In this document: positions 1 through 9,338 of the stretch, in pieces
How the letters are laid out: every line of letters starts with the position of its first letter
How positions within the stretch are numbered: the first letter of the stretch is position 1
Virus record (IMG/VR): IMGVR_UViG_3300006045_001036
Source: a virus
Taxonomy: Duplodnaviria; Caudoviricetes
Length of the DNA stretch: 64,000 nt
Reading direction: 5' to 3' (one strand)
Notes under the pieces: generated by a model
What the model was told of the DNA's origin: nothing
The model's database searches: none
The model's input: only the letters and a program-made list of their open reading frames with translations
Made by a program: the position numbers and the translations under genes

Positions 1-432
1 CGCTGTTGCGAACGAACCGCCTTTTCCGTCTTCGCCTAATTGCGGTGTTTCAATTTTAAAAGCGTAATTACCCGTTTGTGAAGAAGAAACTGCGTTTATC
101 CTGAGATAGTATGTTGTCCCTGCTGTCAGTTCAGCGAAATATTCATTGGTGTAATAGTCAATTTGTGATTGATTAGCGTTATACAGGGTGAACCGAACAG
201 GCATACTAATGCCGTTTGTTATGATTTGATAACGACCTGTAACCGGTGCGGTAAATACGTAATACACATTTTGATTAACAGATAAGTTTCCTGTCATTGT
301 TTTGTCAAAATGTTCGGTTAAGTCAATTGCATTGGCGAAACTATCGCCCTCATTCGCTGTAATAATCGCAGCGGGGAATATGCCGATAATGATAGTGAAT
401 GCGATAATTCCCGATAATATCCTCTTTTTCAT
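1..432 (-). CDS. Host secreted/surface protein, 5' part (runs off left edge)
   Basis: ATG at 432 with GGAG RBS; MKKRILSGIIAFTIIIGIFPAAIITA looks like a signal peptide, followed by a beta-rich PPC-like segment (YVFTAPVTGRYQI...LTAGTTYYLRI). Not in the ORF track because it is truncated. Confidence 0.75.
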   Translation of the reverse strand, partial: MKKRILSGIIAFTIIIGIFPAAIITANEGDSFANAIDLTEHFDKTMTGNLSVNQNVYYVFTAPVTGRYQIITNGISMPVRFTLYNANQSQIDYYTNEYFAELTAGTTYYLRINAVSSSQTGNYAFKIETPQLGEDGKGGSFATA

Positions 433-503
433 TTTTTGAATTCTCCTACATAGAATAAGATAATTTTCATTCTAATACATCATTTAGCATTAGTTCACTG
501 TAT

Positions 504-532
504 ATTATACCACTATCGTTTACATTTGTCAA
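504..532 (-). promoter_or_regulatory. sigmaA promoter of the host gene
   Basis: TTGACA-17 bp-TATAAT on the - strand. Confidence 0.75.
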
Positions 533-552
533 GTATAAATCACTTTTTTTGC

Positions 553-794
553 CACGGCAAAAGCACTTACTTTTGAAAAAGGATTTTTTCAAGCACCGAA
601 ACATCAAGAGCCGCCATGAACATTTTGCGCTTAATACTCTGTTTTTTACCAACACAGGCGTTACGCAAAATAGGCAAAGCAGTTTTTCTCATCACATTCC
701 AATTAAGCGGCGAATTATCTTTGCGTTTTCTCGAATTATCCTCGCCGAAAGTGACATCAAGATGCCAATGAAGTTGATTTTCAATCGACCAATG
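553..794 (-). pseudogene. ISAs1-family transposase C-terminal remnant with one terminal repeat
   Basis: - strand reads HWSIENQLHWHLDVTFGEDNSRKRKDNSPLN...SIKRKMFMAALD...ILFQK*, the ISAs1 signature, followed by TGCTTTTGCCGTG; N-terminal part absent. Confidence 0.85.
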
Positions 795-963
795 ATACTA
801 TATCATTTACAGGATTATAAAAATGCTACTAATTCTAAATCCGCTTTTTCTCATCTTATACTTGATTGTATGATTGACCCTAAACGTATTTTGCGTTAAA
901 ACTAAATTTCCGTGATGTTTTGCAAAAGATTTTGTAATTTTAAAAAAATTTTATTAAAAAGTG

Positions 964-992
964 TTGCATTTCTAAAAAAAATATGCTATAAT
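964..992 (+). promoter_or_regulatory. sigmaA promoter of tRNA-Gln
   Basis: TTGCAT-17 bp-TATAAT with extended -10 TG. Confidence 0.75.
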
Positions 993-1010
993 TTTTAACA
1001 ATATGATTAA

Positions 1011-1082
1011 TGGGCTATCGCCAAGCGGTAAGGCACCAGACTTTGACTCTGGCATTCTTAGGTTCAAATCCTAATAGCCCAA
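1011..1082 (+). tRNA. tRNA-Gln(TTG), probable prophage attachment site
   Basis: TGGGCTA/TAGCCCA acceptor stem, GCC-AAGCGGTAA-GGC D arm, CCAGA-CTTTGAC-TCTGG anticodon arm, TTAGG-TTCAAAT-CCTAA T arm. Confidence 0.95.
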
Positions 1083-1084
1083 GC

Positions 1085-1123
1085 TCCGCAAACCTGTTCT
1101 ACAAGCGGGTTTGCGGATTTTTT
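1085..1123 (+). terminator. Intrinsic terminator after tRNA-Gln
   Basis: TCCGCAAACCTG/CGGGTTTGCGGA stem followed by a T run. Confidence 0.8.
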
Positions 1124-1185
1124 ATTTTCGTGAAATTTCTTCGGTTTTCGTCAGCTCCGCCACAGCTCCGCCTAAAAATTTGAAA

Positions 1186-1232
1186 AGTGCCAGACCGCAA
1201 GGATTGACAATTTTGAGGCGGTGCGGTATAAT
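1186..1232 (+). promoter_or_regulatory. sigmaA promoter P1 with upstream AGTGCCAGACC box
   Basis: TTGACA(1204)-17-TATAAT(1227); near-duplicate of P2. Confidence 0.7.
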
Positions 1233-1274
1233 CATGATATCATTTACGGAGGGGTTTGTCAAATGAAAGCTTAT

Positions 1275-1559
1275 TTACTTCTTTATCGCCTTAATCGCTT
1301 TTCTCTTGTTAACCCCACGCAAGTAGCTCTTTCGACGTAATTTCATTACATACTCTCGAATATCGTCGTTACTATTGCCAAGATTAATCATTGTTTTTAT
1401 TACAAAAGCATAGTCATCTGACGTTTCGTAAAGACAGTCCTCTCCCCGATGACCCACATCGCAACTGCCGTGACATCTTCCGTCATTAATGTCGGGGCAA
1501 CGTGTGTTTTTCTTGTAGACGTACAGTTTGCATGGACTCAACTTCCACTCTGTCATCAT
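1275..1559 (-). CDS. Hypothetical protein with Cys-rich N-terminus
   Basis: ORF with GAAAGGCGGTGA RBS before ATG 1559. Confidence 0.5.
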   Translation of the reverse strand: MMTEWKLSPCKLYVYKKNTRCPDINDGRCHGSCDVGHRGEDCLYETSDDYAFVIKTMINLGNSNDDIREYVMKLRRKSYLRGVNKRKAIKAIKK

Positions 1560-1593
1560 GTTATTCACCGCCTTTCTACGAACTTTATAAAAG

Positions 1594-1639
1594 AGTGCCA
1601 GACCAAAAGCTTGACAAACTTATGAAAATGTGGTATAAT
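1594..1639 (+). promoter_or_regulatory. sigmaA promoter P2 with upstream AGTGCCAGACC box
   Basis: TTGACA(1611)-17-TATAAT(1634). Confidence 0.75.
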
Positions 1640-1673
1640 TCGCATATAAATACGGAAAGGAATATGTTATATT

Positions 1674-1859
1674 ATGAACAAAGAACAAATTATACACGAC
1701 ATCGCAATAAAGTGCTTGGGAGTCTTTTGGGATGAAAACAATAAACCAAACTACGACGCAACGCTTGAAAGCTACTTAAACCATGTGGAAGCAATCCGTG
1801 AATCTAAATTTTTGGGAAAACTTGAAAAGAGTCTGCGACGTTCTCAATCGTTGGTTTGA
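1674..1859 (+). CDS. Small hypothetical protein
   Basis: Downstream of P2 with GGAAAGGA RBS. Confidence 0.55.
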   Translation: MNKEQIIHDIAIKCLGVFWDENNKPNYDATLESYLNHVEAIRESKFLGKLEKSLRRSQSLV

Positions 1860-2021
1860 AATTTACTGCCGTTTGTCTCAGTATGTCTTGCGAACACGAC
1901 TCAAGTATACGAAGTGCCATACATACCTGTGTGCCTTGAAGAATTTCAAGTATTTGTACGGCTTTCTTTTTGTCTGCTTCTTTAAAAGATATTTCTATTC
2001 TCATAACGTAAAGCCCTCCTT

Positions 2022-2660
2022 TCAAATTATCGTTATCGTCTCTGTATGGTGACATTTCGAGTACATAGCGTAAATTCGTGGTCTGTTTGTAACAGGTACG
2101 GTAGTACGACCAGCAATACCTTTACCCGAGATTTCAACTGTTTTGTCGTCCTCGCTCCCAATATGTCCATGACCGTGACTGTGGCTGCCGAGAACAGCGA
2201 AAATCGCTAACGGCTCTCCTTGCACCGATTCCGCCGAGATTTTAAGTTCGTCAGGTACATCGGCAAGGATTGTTTCACCGAGTAGTAATCTTTGTGTCAA
2301 GTCTTTACGTTGTCCCTTTTCTTCGCCGTATCTCTCAAGCTCATTGCTTATTTGAGTTCGCATATTTTGCAGAGCATCCTCCGTGATTACGCCGTCAGGG
2401 TCGTAAATCGGGTACACCGTGACAGGTTTAAAGGGGTCGGGTACATAATTCGGGCAGTGGGGGTTATTTATCCGATACCATTTATGCGGGATTATCATTT
2501 TGAGCAAACCATCTACGCCGTACCAATAACAAGCGAAGTGCGTTTTATGCGTCCATGACAATCGAGGACACGGTACCCACAACCCCTGTTCTTCGTCGTA
2601 CCTAATCGGAAGTATGACACCTTCCGTATCTTCCACTATATCTTGTAAAACAAAACTCAT
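2022..2660 (-). CDS. Hypothetical phage protein
   Basis: 212 aa ORF, GAGGT RBS, GCATTTATTT motif ~35 nt upstream. Confidence 0.65.
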   Translation of the reverse strand: MSFVLQDIVEDTEGVILPIRYDEEQGLWVPCPRLSWTHKTHFACYWYGVDGLLKMIIPHKWYRINNPHCPNYVPDPFKPVTVYPIYDPDGVITEDALQNMRTQISNELERYGEEKGQRKDLTQRLLLGETILADVPDELKISAESVQGEPLAIFAVLGSHSHGHGHIGSEDDKTVEISGKGIAGRTTVPVTNRPRIYAMYSKCHHTETITII

Positions 2661-2798
2661 TTTGCTTTACCTCACTTTCATGTGTTTATTCTTAAATAAA
2701 TGCTTTCACCACAAAACTATCGAAAGCGTTGTGAATCGCTTATACGGAACCACTAAAAACTTTCACGACATATTGTGAAAGTTTGGTAGAATTTTCGC

Positions 2799-2827
2799 TT
2801 GACCGCACGTGAATTGTCTGTTATAAT
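2799..2827 (+). promoter_or_regulatory. sigmaA promoter P3
   Basis: TTGACC-17-TATAAT. Confidence 0.65.
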
Positions 2828-2981
2828 GAGTATAATGAAAACAGAGAGTTTGGAGAAACCCATAGGATAACTCAACTCTCTGCTTATCAAGGACACCATG
2901 TTAACATCCGCTCGTTCTCAATATGAGTCTAAATCTCTTCACCGCAGAATTTGCCGATGTTCGAATGTCTGAATACCACCC

Positions 2982-3012
2982 CCGCCCGTCATCTCCCGAC
3001 GGGCGGTTTTTT
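2982..3012 (+). terminator. Intrinsic terminator closing the P3 unit
   Basis: CCGCCCGTC/GACGGGCGG stem followed by T6. Confidence 0.8.
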
Positions 3013-3092
3013 ATATTCTTATTTTAAATAAATGCTTTCACCACAACCCTATAAATAGTTACGGCGGTTTTTATTGTCACAACATATCGTGG

Positions 3093-3159
3093 TTGACAGA
3101 CAATCTAAAACGTGTTATAATGGTTATACAGAGGAAAGGTTTCCTCTGTATAACCATTA
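3093..3159 (+). promoter_or_regulatory. sigmaA promoter P4 overlapped by a perfect 20-bp inverted repeat
   Basis: TTGACA(3093)-17-TATAAT(3116); TAATGGTTATACAGAGGAAA-gg-TTTCCTCTGTATAACCATTA at 3118-3159. Confidence 0.75.
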
Positions 3160-3898
3160 ACCATAGTATTCTCCCGAAAGGAGGGTTGCCCCATGAAAGA
3201 CGCTATTCATTATGAAGAGTGTTCTAAAGCCCTCATGAAGGGACGGTTGCAGGGAATAGGTAACGATGTGTAGGCGACCTCGTTAATGCTCAGTTAGTAG
3301 GCACTACACACCGCATTCCACACAGTAGCTAATTGTGTGCCGAATTGGTGAAACCTGTCACCCTCGGAAGTCACTGCCCAAAGCAACTTGAATGTTATTC
3401 CCGATTTTGCCGAAACCTGTCGGCTCTTGTACTAACAACCAAATCCTGTTTGTTGTCGATAAACAAGCAGGATTTGTTTAATTTGAGTTTACAAACCCAT
3501 ATCTTGTGTATAAATCTATGCTATAATAATTTCACCGAGCGAGGTGCAACTCACTCGGTGAATTCCCGACGAAAGGCGGTGATTGCCGTCCAAACTTTGG
3601 TAATGTCGGGTTGCAGGGATTGGCAACGAAAATGGTCAACCGTACTCAGCCCAGTTAGCAACAACCTTTTTCGCAAACTGCGTTTTGGTGAATATACCAC
3701 GTACACGGTGTAATTTGTGTACTGTCAGTTTGTAATCCCTATACACCCTTATGATGTGTACATACGTGCTATGTCAAAGCACATACTACGCTCGAACGTT
3801 AGCTAACAATAAAACTCTGTCTCTAACCAGACGGAGTTTTATATTTCGAGTTTACTGACCCTTCTAAAAATAAATGCTGTTTACTCTTGTCAAATGAT

Positions 3899-4237
3899 TT
3901 AGTACTGAACTCGAAACATTGTGAAATGCCCCATGGATGCCTTAATTACAATCGGCTGACCCTCAAGTGTACCTTCATAGATATCGGCTCCCGACTCACC
4001 CATATATTCCTTTGCAGCAGGGTGGTCGCTAAATTTGCTGTTAATTGTCGCAGCAGCTTGCACAAGTTCGTAGTCTCTTCCGTCATCTTCGTTTGAAACA
4101 TACTCGAAATCAAAATCGTCTCCTAACATCGATTCCAGCATCGCTACCTCATCTTCCTCGAAATAATCGCTGTTCCACGCTACATTTTTCCACGCCGATT
4201 GTTTCTCCTGTTTCGCCGAACTAATTAATTTAATCAT
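3899..4237 (-). CDS. Acidic hypothetical protein (MIKLISSA N-terminus)
   Basis: AAAGGAG RBS, 112 aa. Confidence 0.7.
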   Translation of the reverse strand: MIKLISSAKQEKQSAWKNVAWNSDYFEEDEVAMLESMLGDDFDFEYVSNEDDGRDYELVQAAATINSKFSDHPAAKEYMGESGADIYEGTLEGQPIVIKASMGHFTMFRVQY

Positions 4238-4371
4238 TGGTTTATCTCCTTTGGCTTTTTATAGACTTTTCTGTCAATGCTTTTGTTTTACAGGAGGGTT
4301 GACAGGAGTGGTGCTGCATTACTCCTAATCCCCCAACAACCCATAGAGCAAACATCCTTGCTACACCGAGT

Positions 4372-5469
4372 TTACTCTACTCCATAATCACTCACTGCTT
4401 GAGACAGGGTGTCAACGTCGCCGATATGGGTGTATTTGTCGGTAACGCTCGTGGAGTGATGCCCCAGCAATGCCGCAACCATCGAAATCGGCATACCGTT
4501 CTTTTGCCATAAAGTCGCTGTTGTGTGTCTTATAGCATGAGGGGATTTGGGGTCAATCGGCTCTTCCCCGCTCTCTGTCAAGCTCTTGTTAAATCGGTCA
4601 AAGAAACATTTATACCTGCTCTCAAACCCCGATTTTGAGACGTGGTAGTTGTCACCAAGCACGTAGCAAGCGTTTTTGTCAAGCTTCTCAGACAGATATT
4701 CCGCTATCTCAGGTTTTATCGGGATATAGCGGGTCTTATTGTTTTTAGGCAAACCCAACTCGCCGTTACGCTTTACAGACCTGTCAATCGTGATAACACC
4801 CTTATTAAAGTCAATTTGCTTCGTGGTTAACGCTCTCATCTCGCCCGAGCGAATCCCTGTGTGAAACATAATATAAATCGGTATACCGAAAAGCTCGTCC
4901 GTTTTGGCAAACTCAATAATTCTTCGGACGTCGCTCTCGGCAAAAGCTTCTCTCTGAGGTTCTACTTTCTTTACCGTCATTGCTCGCTTGGCAGGGTTTC
5001 TGTCACAGAGGTCGTTGTCAATCGCACATTCAAAGGAACTCGTAAGTACAAACCGCATACGTTTATGGAATGAGTAGCTGTAATCGGCTTTGCTCCCGAG
5101 GAACTCGGTAATGTGAATCGGCTTGACCTGAGATAACTTCAAACCTCCGATTCGATGTTTCATGACGTGTTTAGCTAACCCGACGTAATCCTCGTAGGTC
5201 CCCTCCGACACGTTATTCTTCTTATAAACCGTCAGCCATAGTTCCAGCCATTCGGCTAACGTATTTTCCTGTGACGCACTTGTTGTTTTTTCACCATCCT
5301 TCACCCACTCCTTATATTTCTTGCGGCATTCTGCCTCGGTTTTGCCGTAAAAACTCTTACGCTGTCGTTTTCCGAATTCGTCAAAACCACTTTCGGTATT
5401 GAGCGTGTACTCAAATGTGCCATTCGGCAGTTTGCGAAAACTTCCGCTACCTCTCTTCTCTCTCGCCAT
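4372..5469 (-). CDS. int: Tyrosine recombinase / phage integrase
   Basis: N-terminal RGSGS arm-binding region; catalytic TGIRSGE, PK, HAIRHT, LLGH and KYTH motifs. Confidence 0.95.
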   Translation of the reverse strand: MAREKRGSGSFRKLPNGTFEYTLNTESGFDEFGKRQRKSFYGKTEAECRKKYKEWVKDGEKTTSASQENTLAEWLELWLTVYKKNNVSEGTYEDYVGLAKHVMKHRIGGLKLSQVKPIHITEFLGSKADYSYSFHKRMRFVLTSSFECAIDNDLCDRNPAKRAMTVKKVEPQREAFAESDVRRIIEFAKTDELFGIPIYIMFHTGIRSGEMRALTTKQIDFNKGVITIDRSVKRNGELGLPKNNKTRYIPIKPEIAEYLSEKLDKNACYVLGDNYHVSKSGFESRYKCFFDRFNKSLTESGEEPIDPKSPHAIRHTTATLWQKNGMPISMVAALLGHHSTSVTDKYTHIGDVDTLSQAVSDYGVE

Positions 5470-5504
5470 ATTTTCTCCTTATTTATCGTTATGCTTAGGA
5501 AATG

Positions 5505-5774
5505 CTAACCACCCCTTCCTTCAATATAAGCGATAAATCGAAGAGGCATGAACTCATAGCGGTATGTGTCGCCTCTGCATTTTCGGGCAACACCGTAATT
5601 ATAACACCCGCTACGTAACTGCTCTTGGACTTTTGTCACTGAGATACCCAAGACCTCGGCTACAATTTCGATAGGCACTTCATAATAAGAGAGTATAAGC
5701 GGTTTGTACTTCGATTCCCACAGGTCGAGGTAGGTTGCACCTTCGGGAACTTGTTTGGGCTTCATTCTTGCCAC
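5505..5774 (-). CDS. Excisionase-like HTH protein
   Basis: Directly upstream of the integrase; VAEVLGISVTKVQEQLRSG HTH-like segment. Confidence 0.55.
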   Translation of the reverse strand: MARMKPKQVPEGATYLDLWESKYKPLILSYYEVPIEIVAEVLGISVTKVQEQLRSGCYNYGVARKCRGDTYRYEFMPLRFIAYIEGRGG

Positions 5775-6260
5775 GGCAAAACCTCCTTGCAGTGTTTATT
5801 AATAAATCTCAAACGTCAGCTTTGAACACCGAGCGTTTACAGACTGAACTCGACTCAATATCAAATGCGTAAAAGCTTCTTCCACTGAAACCTCACCGCT
5901 AAATTTACACTCAATTATCATGGTTGTATTGCCGTCTTGAGGTTCTTGAACCTCAGTTGTAAATGTATTCATTTCATCCTCCTTGCACTTTTGTATGTAA
6001 AAGCGAGATTTTGCAATCTCGCTTTAAATATCTACGTTTCCTAAAACAGCTACCTTTCCGTTTGACGCACCCGCTTATCGCAACTCGCACACAAAGCTAC
6101 CGCCCTTTTTCCCTTACGGTTCCGCAGTAGCTCAACCGAATCAACGGTGTATATACTCGCTGTGCCATAGGCAATCACGGCGTAGTTATCGGGTCGTTGG
6201 AGAATTATTTCTCGCTGTTCGGATATTCAATTGTAGAACTATTATAGCACGTAACAAACA

Positions 6261-6512
6261 TTATAAAGTGCAATCTTTTTGTGTGTCTCTAACGATTGAA
6301 TCACAATCTGCAGTGCTTGATATTATTTCTGCGATTCTGTTGGAATGGTTTATTGTCTGCCGTACAGAGTAACCTATTTCTTGAGCTACAAACTCGACTA
6401 ACATACCCTTACGTCTTAAATCCAAAATCTGTACTTCAAACGGCTTGAGTTGATGTTCTTTTGTCAACCTTTCCACATCTTGTGCTGAAACACTTTTCCA
6501 TTTGAAACGCAA
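6261..6512 (-). CDS. Small HTH protein (sigma70 region 4/LuxR-like)
   Basis: EVQILDLRRKG...VAQEIGYSVRQT. Confidence 0.6.
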   Translation of the reverse strand: MRFKWKSVSAQDVERLTKEHQLKPFEVQILDLRRKGMLVEFVAQEIGYSVRQTINHSNRIAEIISSTADCDSIVRDTQKDCTL

Positions 6513-6740
6513 TTATTCACCCCCTTCCTTCGAAAACTCGATAAAAGGGGATATTATGGATATTTTGCTATGTAGCACAGCCATTCTCTAACCAATGGGG
6601 ATAGTCGCTTTATATTTTTGTCATTTTTACAACTTCTTTCCATGTATTTCAACAAATTTTGTTAATACACACCATTATACACTAAAAACTAAATAATGAA
6701 AATAAAACCCGACCGTCAATAAAAGCGGTCGGGTGATGTT

Positions 6741-7070
6741 CTATGCAATTCCTTGTTTATAATCGGCGACAATCCTTAGTTGGTTCGCATATTTCGTAAG
6801 TCTCTTACGAAGGGCTGTAGTCTGTCCAATCGTACCAATTCGCTTGTCATTCTGCTCATACTGCTCTGCCAGAGAACTCAAGAATCGAGCGTCAAGAGCG
6901 TTGAACCCAACTCCATTGTCATAAACAGTGTCCTCACAGTCCTTCTCTTCCTCGGTTTGATACTGATAGATTGTGTATAGACCTTTCCACAACGCTCGGT
7001 CATCGGTCAAGAGTAGGTCGAGGATATATTGTTTACGAGCTTTCTTAGTCTTAATTTCTTTGTAAATCAT
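6741..7070 (-). CDS. Hypothetical phage protein
   Basis: AAAGGCGGTGA RBS; YQTEEE...NGVGFNALDA motif. Confidence 0.65.
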   Translation of the reverse strand: MIYKEIKTKKARKQYILDLLLTDDRALWKGLYTIYQYQTEEEKDCEDTVYDNGVGFNALDARFLSSLAEQYEQNDKRIGTIGQTTALRKRLTKYANQLRIVADYKQGIA

Positions 7071-7141
7071 ACCATCACCGCCTTTCACAAGAGAAATGCG
7101 TATAGTTTCGCCGTCCCCGAAGGAACGGCGATTTTCTGTAT

Positions 7142-8947
7142 TTATGCTTTCTTATATGCAATCCCGAAGTTTTCGCAGATTGCTTTACAATATGCCTCTG
7201 CTAAAGCGTGGAGTTTAGCGGTTGTATCGTAAAACTTCTGGTCTGTCGGGGAAGTGATAAATCCGCCTTCGCAGTATGCCGCAGGGTAAGTTTGGTTTGT
7301 CATAGCGAAGTTGTAGGTTTTTACACCACGATTACGAATTCCTTTTACATCTTCAAGCACATATTTCAGTATCAATTGACAGAGTTTTGTGCTGGCAGTA
7401 ATATTCGAGTTGCGATTCTGACCGACTTCAAAACCATTTGCACTCGGGTCTGCAAAAGCGTTGAAGTGAACTGCAACAGCGATATCGACTTTACCAACGA
7501 TTTCTGCGGCAAAAGCGGCTTCCCGCCCTGCAGCATCTGTTGTTCTGTTGAGAATTGTTGCAATTCCGTGAGCATGAAGCCTGTCACGCAGACGAAGACC
7601 TACGGTCAAATTCATGTTTTTCTCGACAAAAGCACCACTTACAGCACCTCCGTCCGCACCACCGTGACCGATTGCTATACCAACTGTTTTTCCGCTCGGA
7701 GTAACTACTACAGGAGCAGGGTTAGGTGTAACAGGAGCAACAGGGGTTGTCGGAGAAGTGGGAACAACTCCAACAATATAAGCGTCATTATAACCCGCTT
7801 TTGCCGCCGTCTTAACAGCGTTTTCAGCATTCGCTTGAACAGAGTAAGCACCAATTTGCACACGAAACAAACCGTCACCGTTGTCGGTGATGAAAGCGTC
7901 CTTAAACCCTTTTGCAACCGCTTCTTCCCGACATTTTTCAGCGTTTTCCTTCTTGCTAAATGCTCCGATTTGAACACGCATAAGGCTGGGAGTGGGTATA
8001 GGGGTTATAGGGGTTGGTGCAGGGTTAGCACCAGCACCACCTACCCAGTCTAATGATGACAAAGCTATCCATGAGCTAATACCGGGACCTTCGGGGATAG
8101 CTCCCAAAAGTGCTTCCTGAACACCGTTATGTGTTTTTATGTCTCGTACTCTGTGCTGCGAGGGGGCAAACACATCTTTATTTGTAATCGCTTTCCCACG
8201 ATTAGCAGCGAGACCTCCCCAAACCGCACCGCTCTTAACCGTGACATAAGACTGAACAACGATTGTTCCACCGTTGGTAGTCGGTGTAGTTGAACCGCCT
8301 GTGGAGTTTCCGCCGTTTGAGTCACTGGGAGCTTTCCAGTAGGTGTAAGGGTTAACTCTTGCACCATTAACCGTTATTGAATAATGGCAATGACAGCCTG
8401 TGGAATCGCCTGTTGAACCCATATATCCGAGAAGAGTTTTCCCCGCCGTCACCGTCGCTCCGACAGCAGGTATGTCCATAGGTTCGAGATGTTCGAAACT
8501 GTGCTGGTGTCCATCGCTATCGGTAACAACAACGTAATTACCAAGCGTATTTACGTTGGTACGATTTGTATCAGACTTTGCTATTTGGTCAAAGCGAGCC
8601 GTTACTTTGCCGTTGACAGGCGAGAACAGCTTCGGCATTTTCTGTCCAAACCATCGATTTCCCGCAGGTACACCGAAGTCAATCGCTAAATGAGAATTGC
8701 CTCCTGCGACCGCACCATCTTTACTCGGTTTAGTGGTATATCCGCCGTAGAAACCTGTTTCATCAGCAACTGCATAACATAGAAATCCTTCCATGGTCTG
8801 AGTGAAGTATTCGAGTAACGGTGATTGTACCCGCCCTCTCCTTGTTTCATTTGCGTCTTTAACCTTGACATCGGAAACAACGGTTAAATCATTTACCGTG
8901 TATTTATACGTTTTTCCTGTGACAGGGAGATTTTTCGTAACACTCAT
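7142..8947 (-). CDS. Endolysin: M23 peptidase, two SPOR repeats and N-acetylmuramoyl-L-alanine amidase (Amidase_3)
   Basis: HLAID and GYMGSTGDSTGCHCHY (M23); RVQIGAFS/RVQIGAYS (SPOR); GHGG..D.GA, EK, VHFNA, YCEGGFI (Amidase_3). Confidence 0.9.
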   Translation of the reverse strand: MSVTKNLPVTGKTYKYTVNDLTVVSDVKVKDANETRRGRVQSPLLEYFTQTMEGFLCYAVADETGFYGGYTTKPSKDGAVAGGNSHLAIDFGVPAGNRWFGQKMPKLFSPVNGKVTARFDQIAKSDTNRTNVNTLGNYVVVTDSDGHQHSFEHLEPMDIPAVGATVTAGKTLLGYMGSTGDSTGCHCHYSITVNGARVNPYTYWKAPSDSNGGNSTGGSTTPTTNGGTIVVQSYVTVKSGAVWGGLAANRGKAITNKDVFAPSQHRVRDIKTHNGVQEALLGAIPEGPGISSWIALSSLDWVGGAGANPAPTPITPIPTPSLMRVQIGAFSKKENAEKCREEAVAKGFKDAFITDNGDGLFRVQIGAYSVQANAENAVKTAAKAGYNDAYIVGVVPTSPTTPVAPVTPNPAPVVVTPSGKTVGIAIGHGGADGGAVSGAFVEKNMNLTVGLRLRDRLHAHGIATILNRTTDAAGREAAFAAEIVGKVDIAVAVHFNAFADPSANGFEVGQNRNSNITASTKLCQLILKYVLEDVKGIRNRGVKTYNFAMTNQTYPAAYCEGGFITSPTDQKFYDTTAKLHALAEAYCKAICENFGIAYKKA

Positions 8948-9032
8948 TAATAATATACCCTCTTTCTGGACGCAGTAACGCCCTTGATAAAGAAAACTTT
9001 ACCAAGGGCGATTGTCAAGAGGTTTAATGAGG

Positions 9033-9278
9033 TTATTCTATTTCTTGTTCTAACTTATCAAACTCAGGTGTGGAGAAAAATTCTCCTAAGGTTATGCCGA
9101 AGCCGTCGCAGATGATTTTTACCGTCTTTAAGCCTACTGTTTTCTTTGTCGGGTCGTGTATGTTACGTATCATTGACGAAGTGATACCCGATTTAATTGA
9201 TAATGTAGTTATCGAAATATTATGTTCTTTGCATAACTCTGTTATGCGATTACCGACCGCTCTTTTCAAATCACTCAT
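9033..9278 (-). CDS. XRE-family HTH transcriptional regulator
   Basis: RITELCKEHNISITTLS...KIICDGFGITLGEFF; own TTGACA-17-TATACT promoter at 9314-9342. Confidence 0.85.
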   Translation of the reverse strand: MSDLKRAVGNRITELCKEHNISITTLSIKSGITSSMIRNIHDPTKKTVGLKTVKIICDGFGITLGEFFSTPEFDKLEQEIE

Positions 9279-9338
9279 ACAAATTCACCTACCATACAAA
9301 TACTTCACGGCATAGTATAACAGGTATGACGGTATTTG

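Noticed and set aside
549-899. 116-aa + strand ORF
   Set aside because: Antisense shadow of the ISAs1 remnant.
7208-8053. 281-aa + strand ORF and similar long antisense ORFs (25984-26703, 59391-59957)
   Set aside because: Opposite-strand shadows of well-supported genes, with no recognisable motifs.
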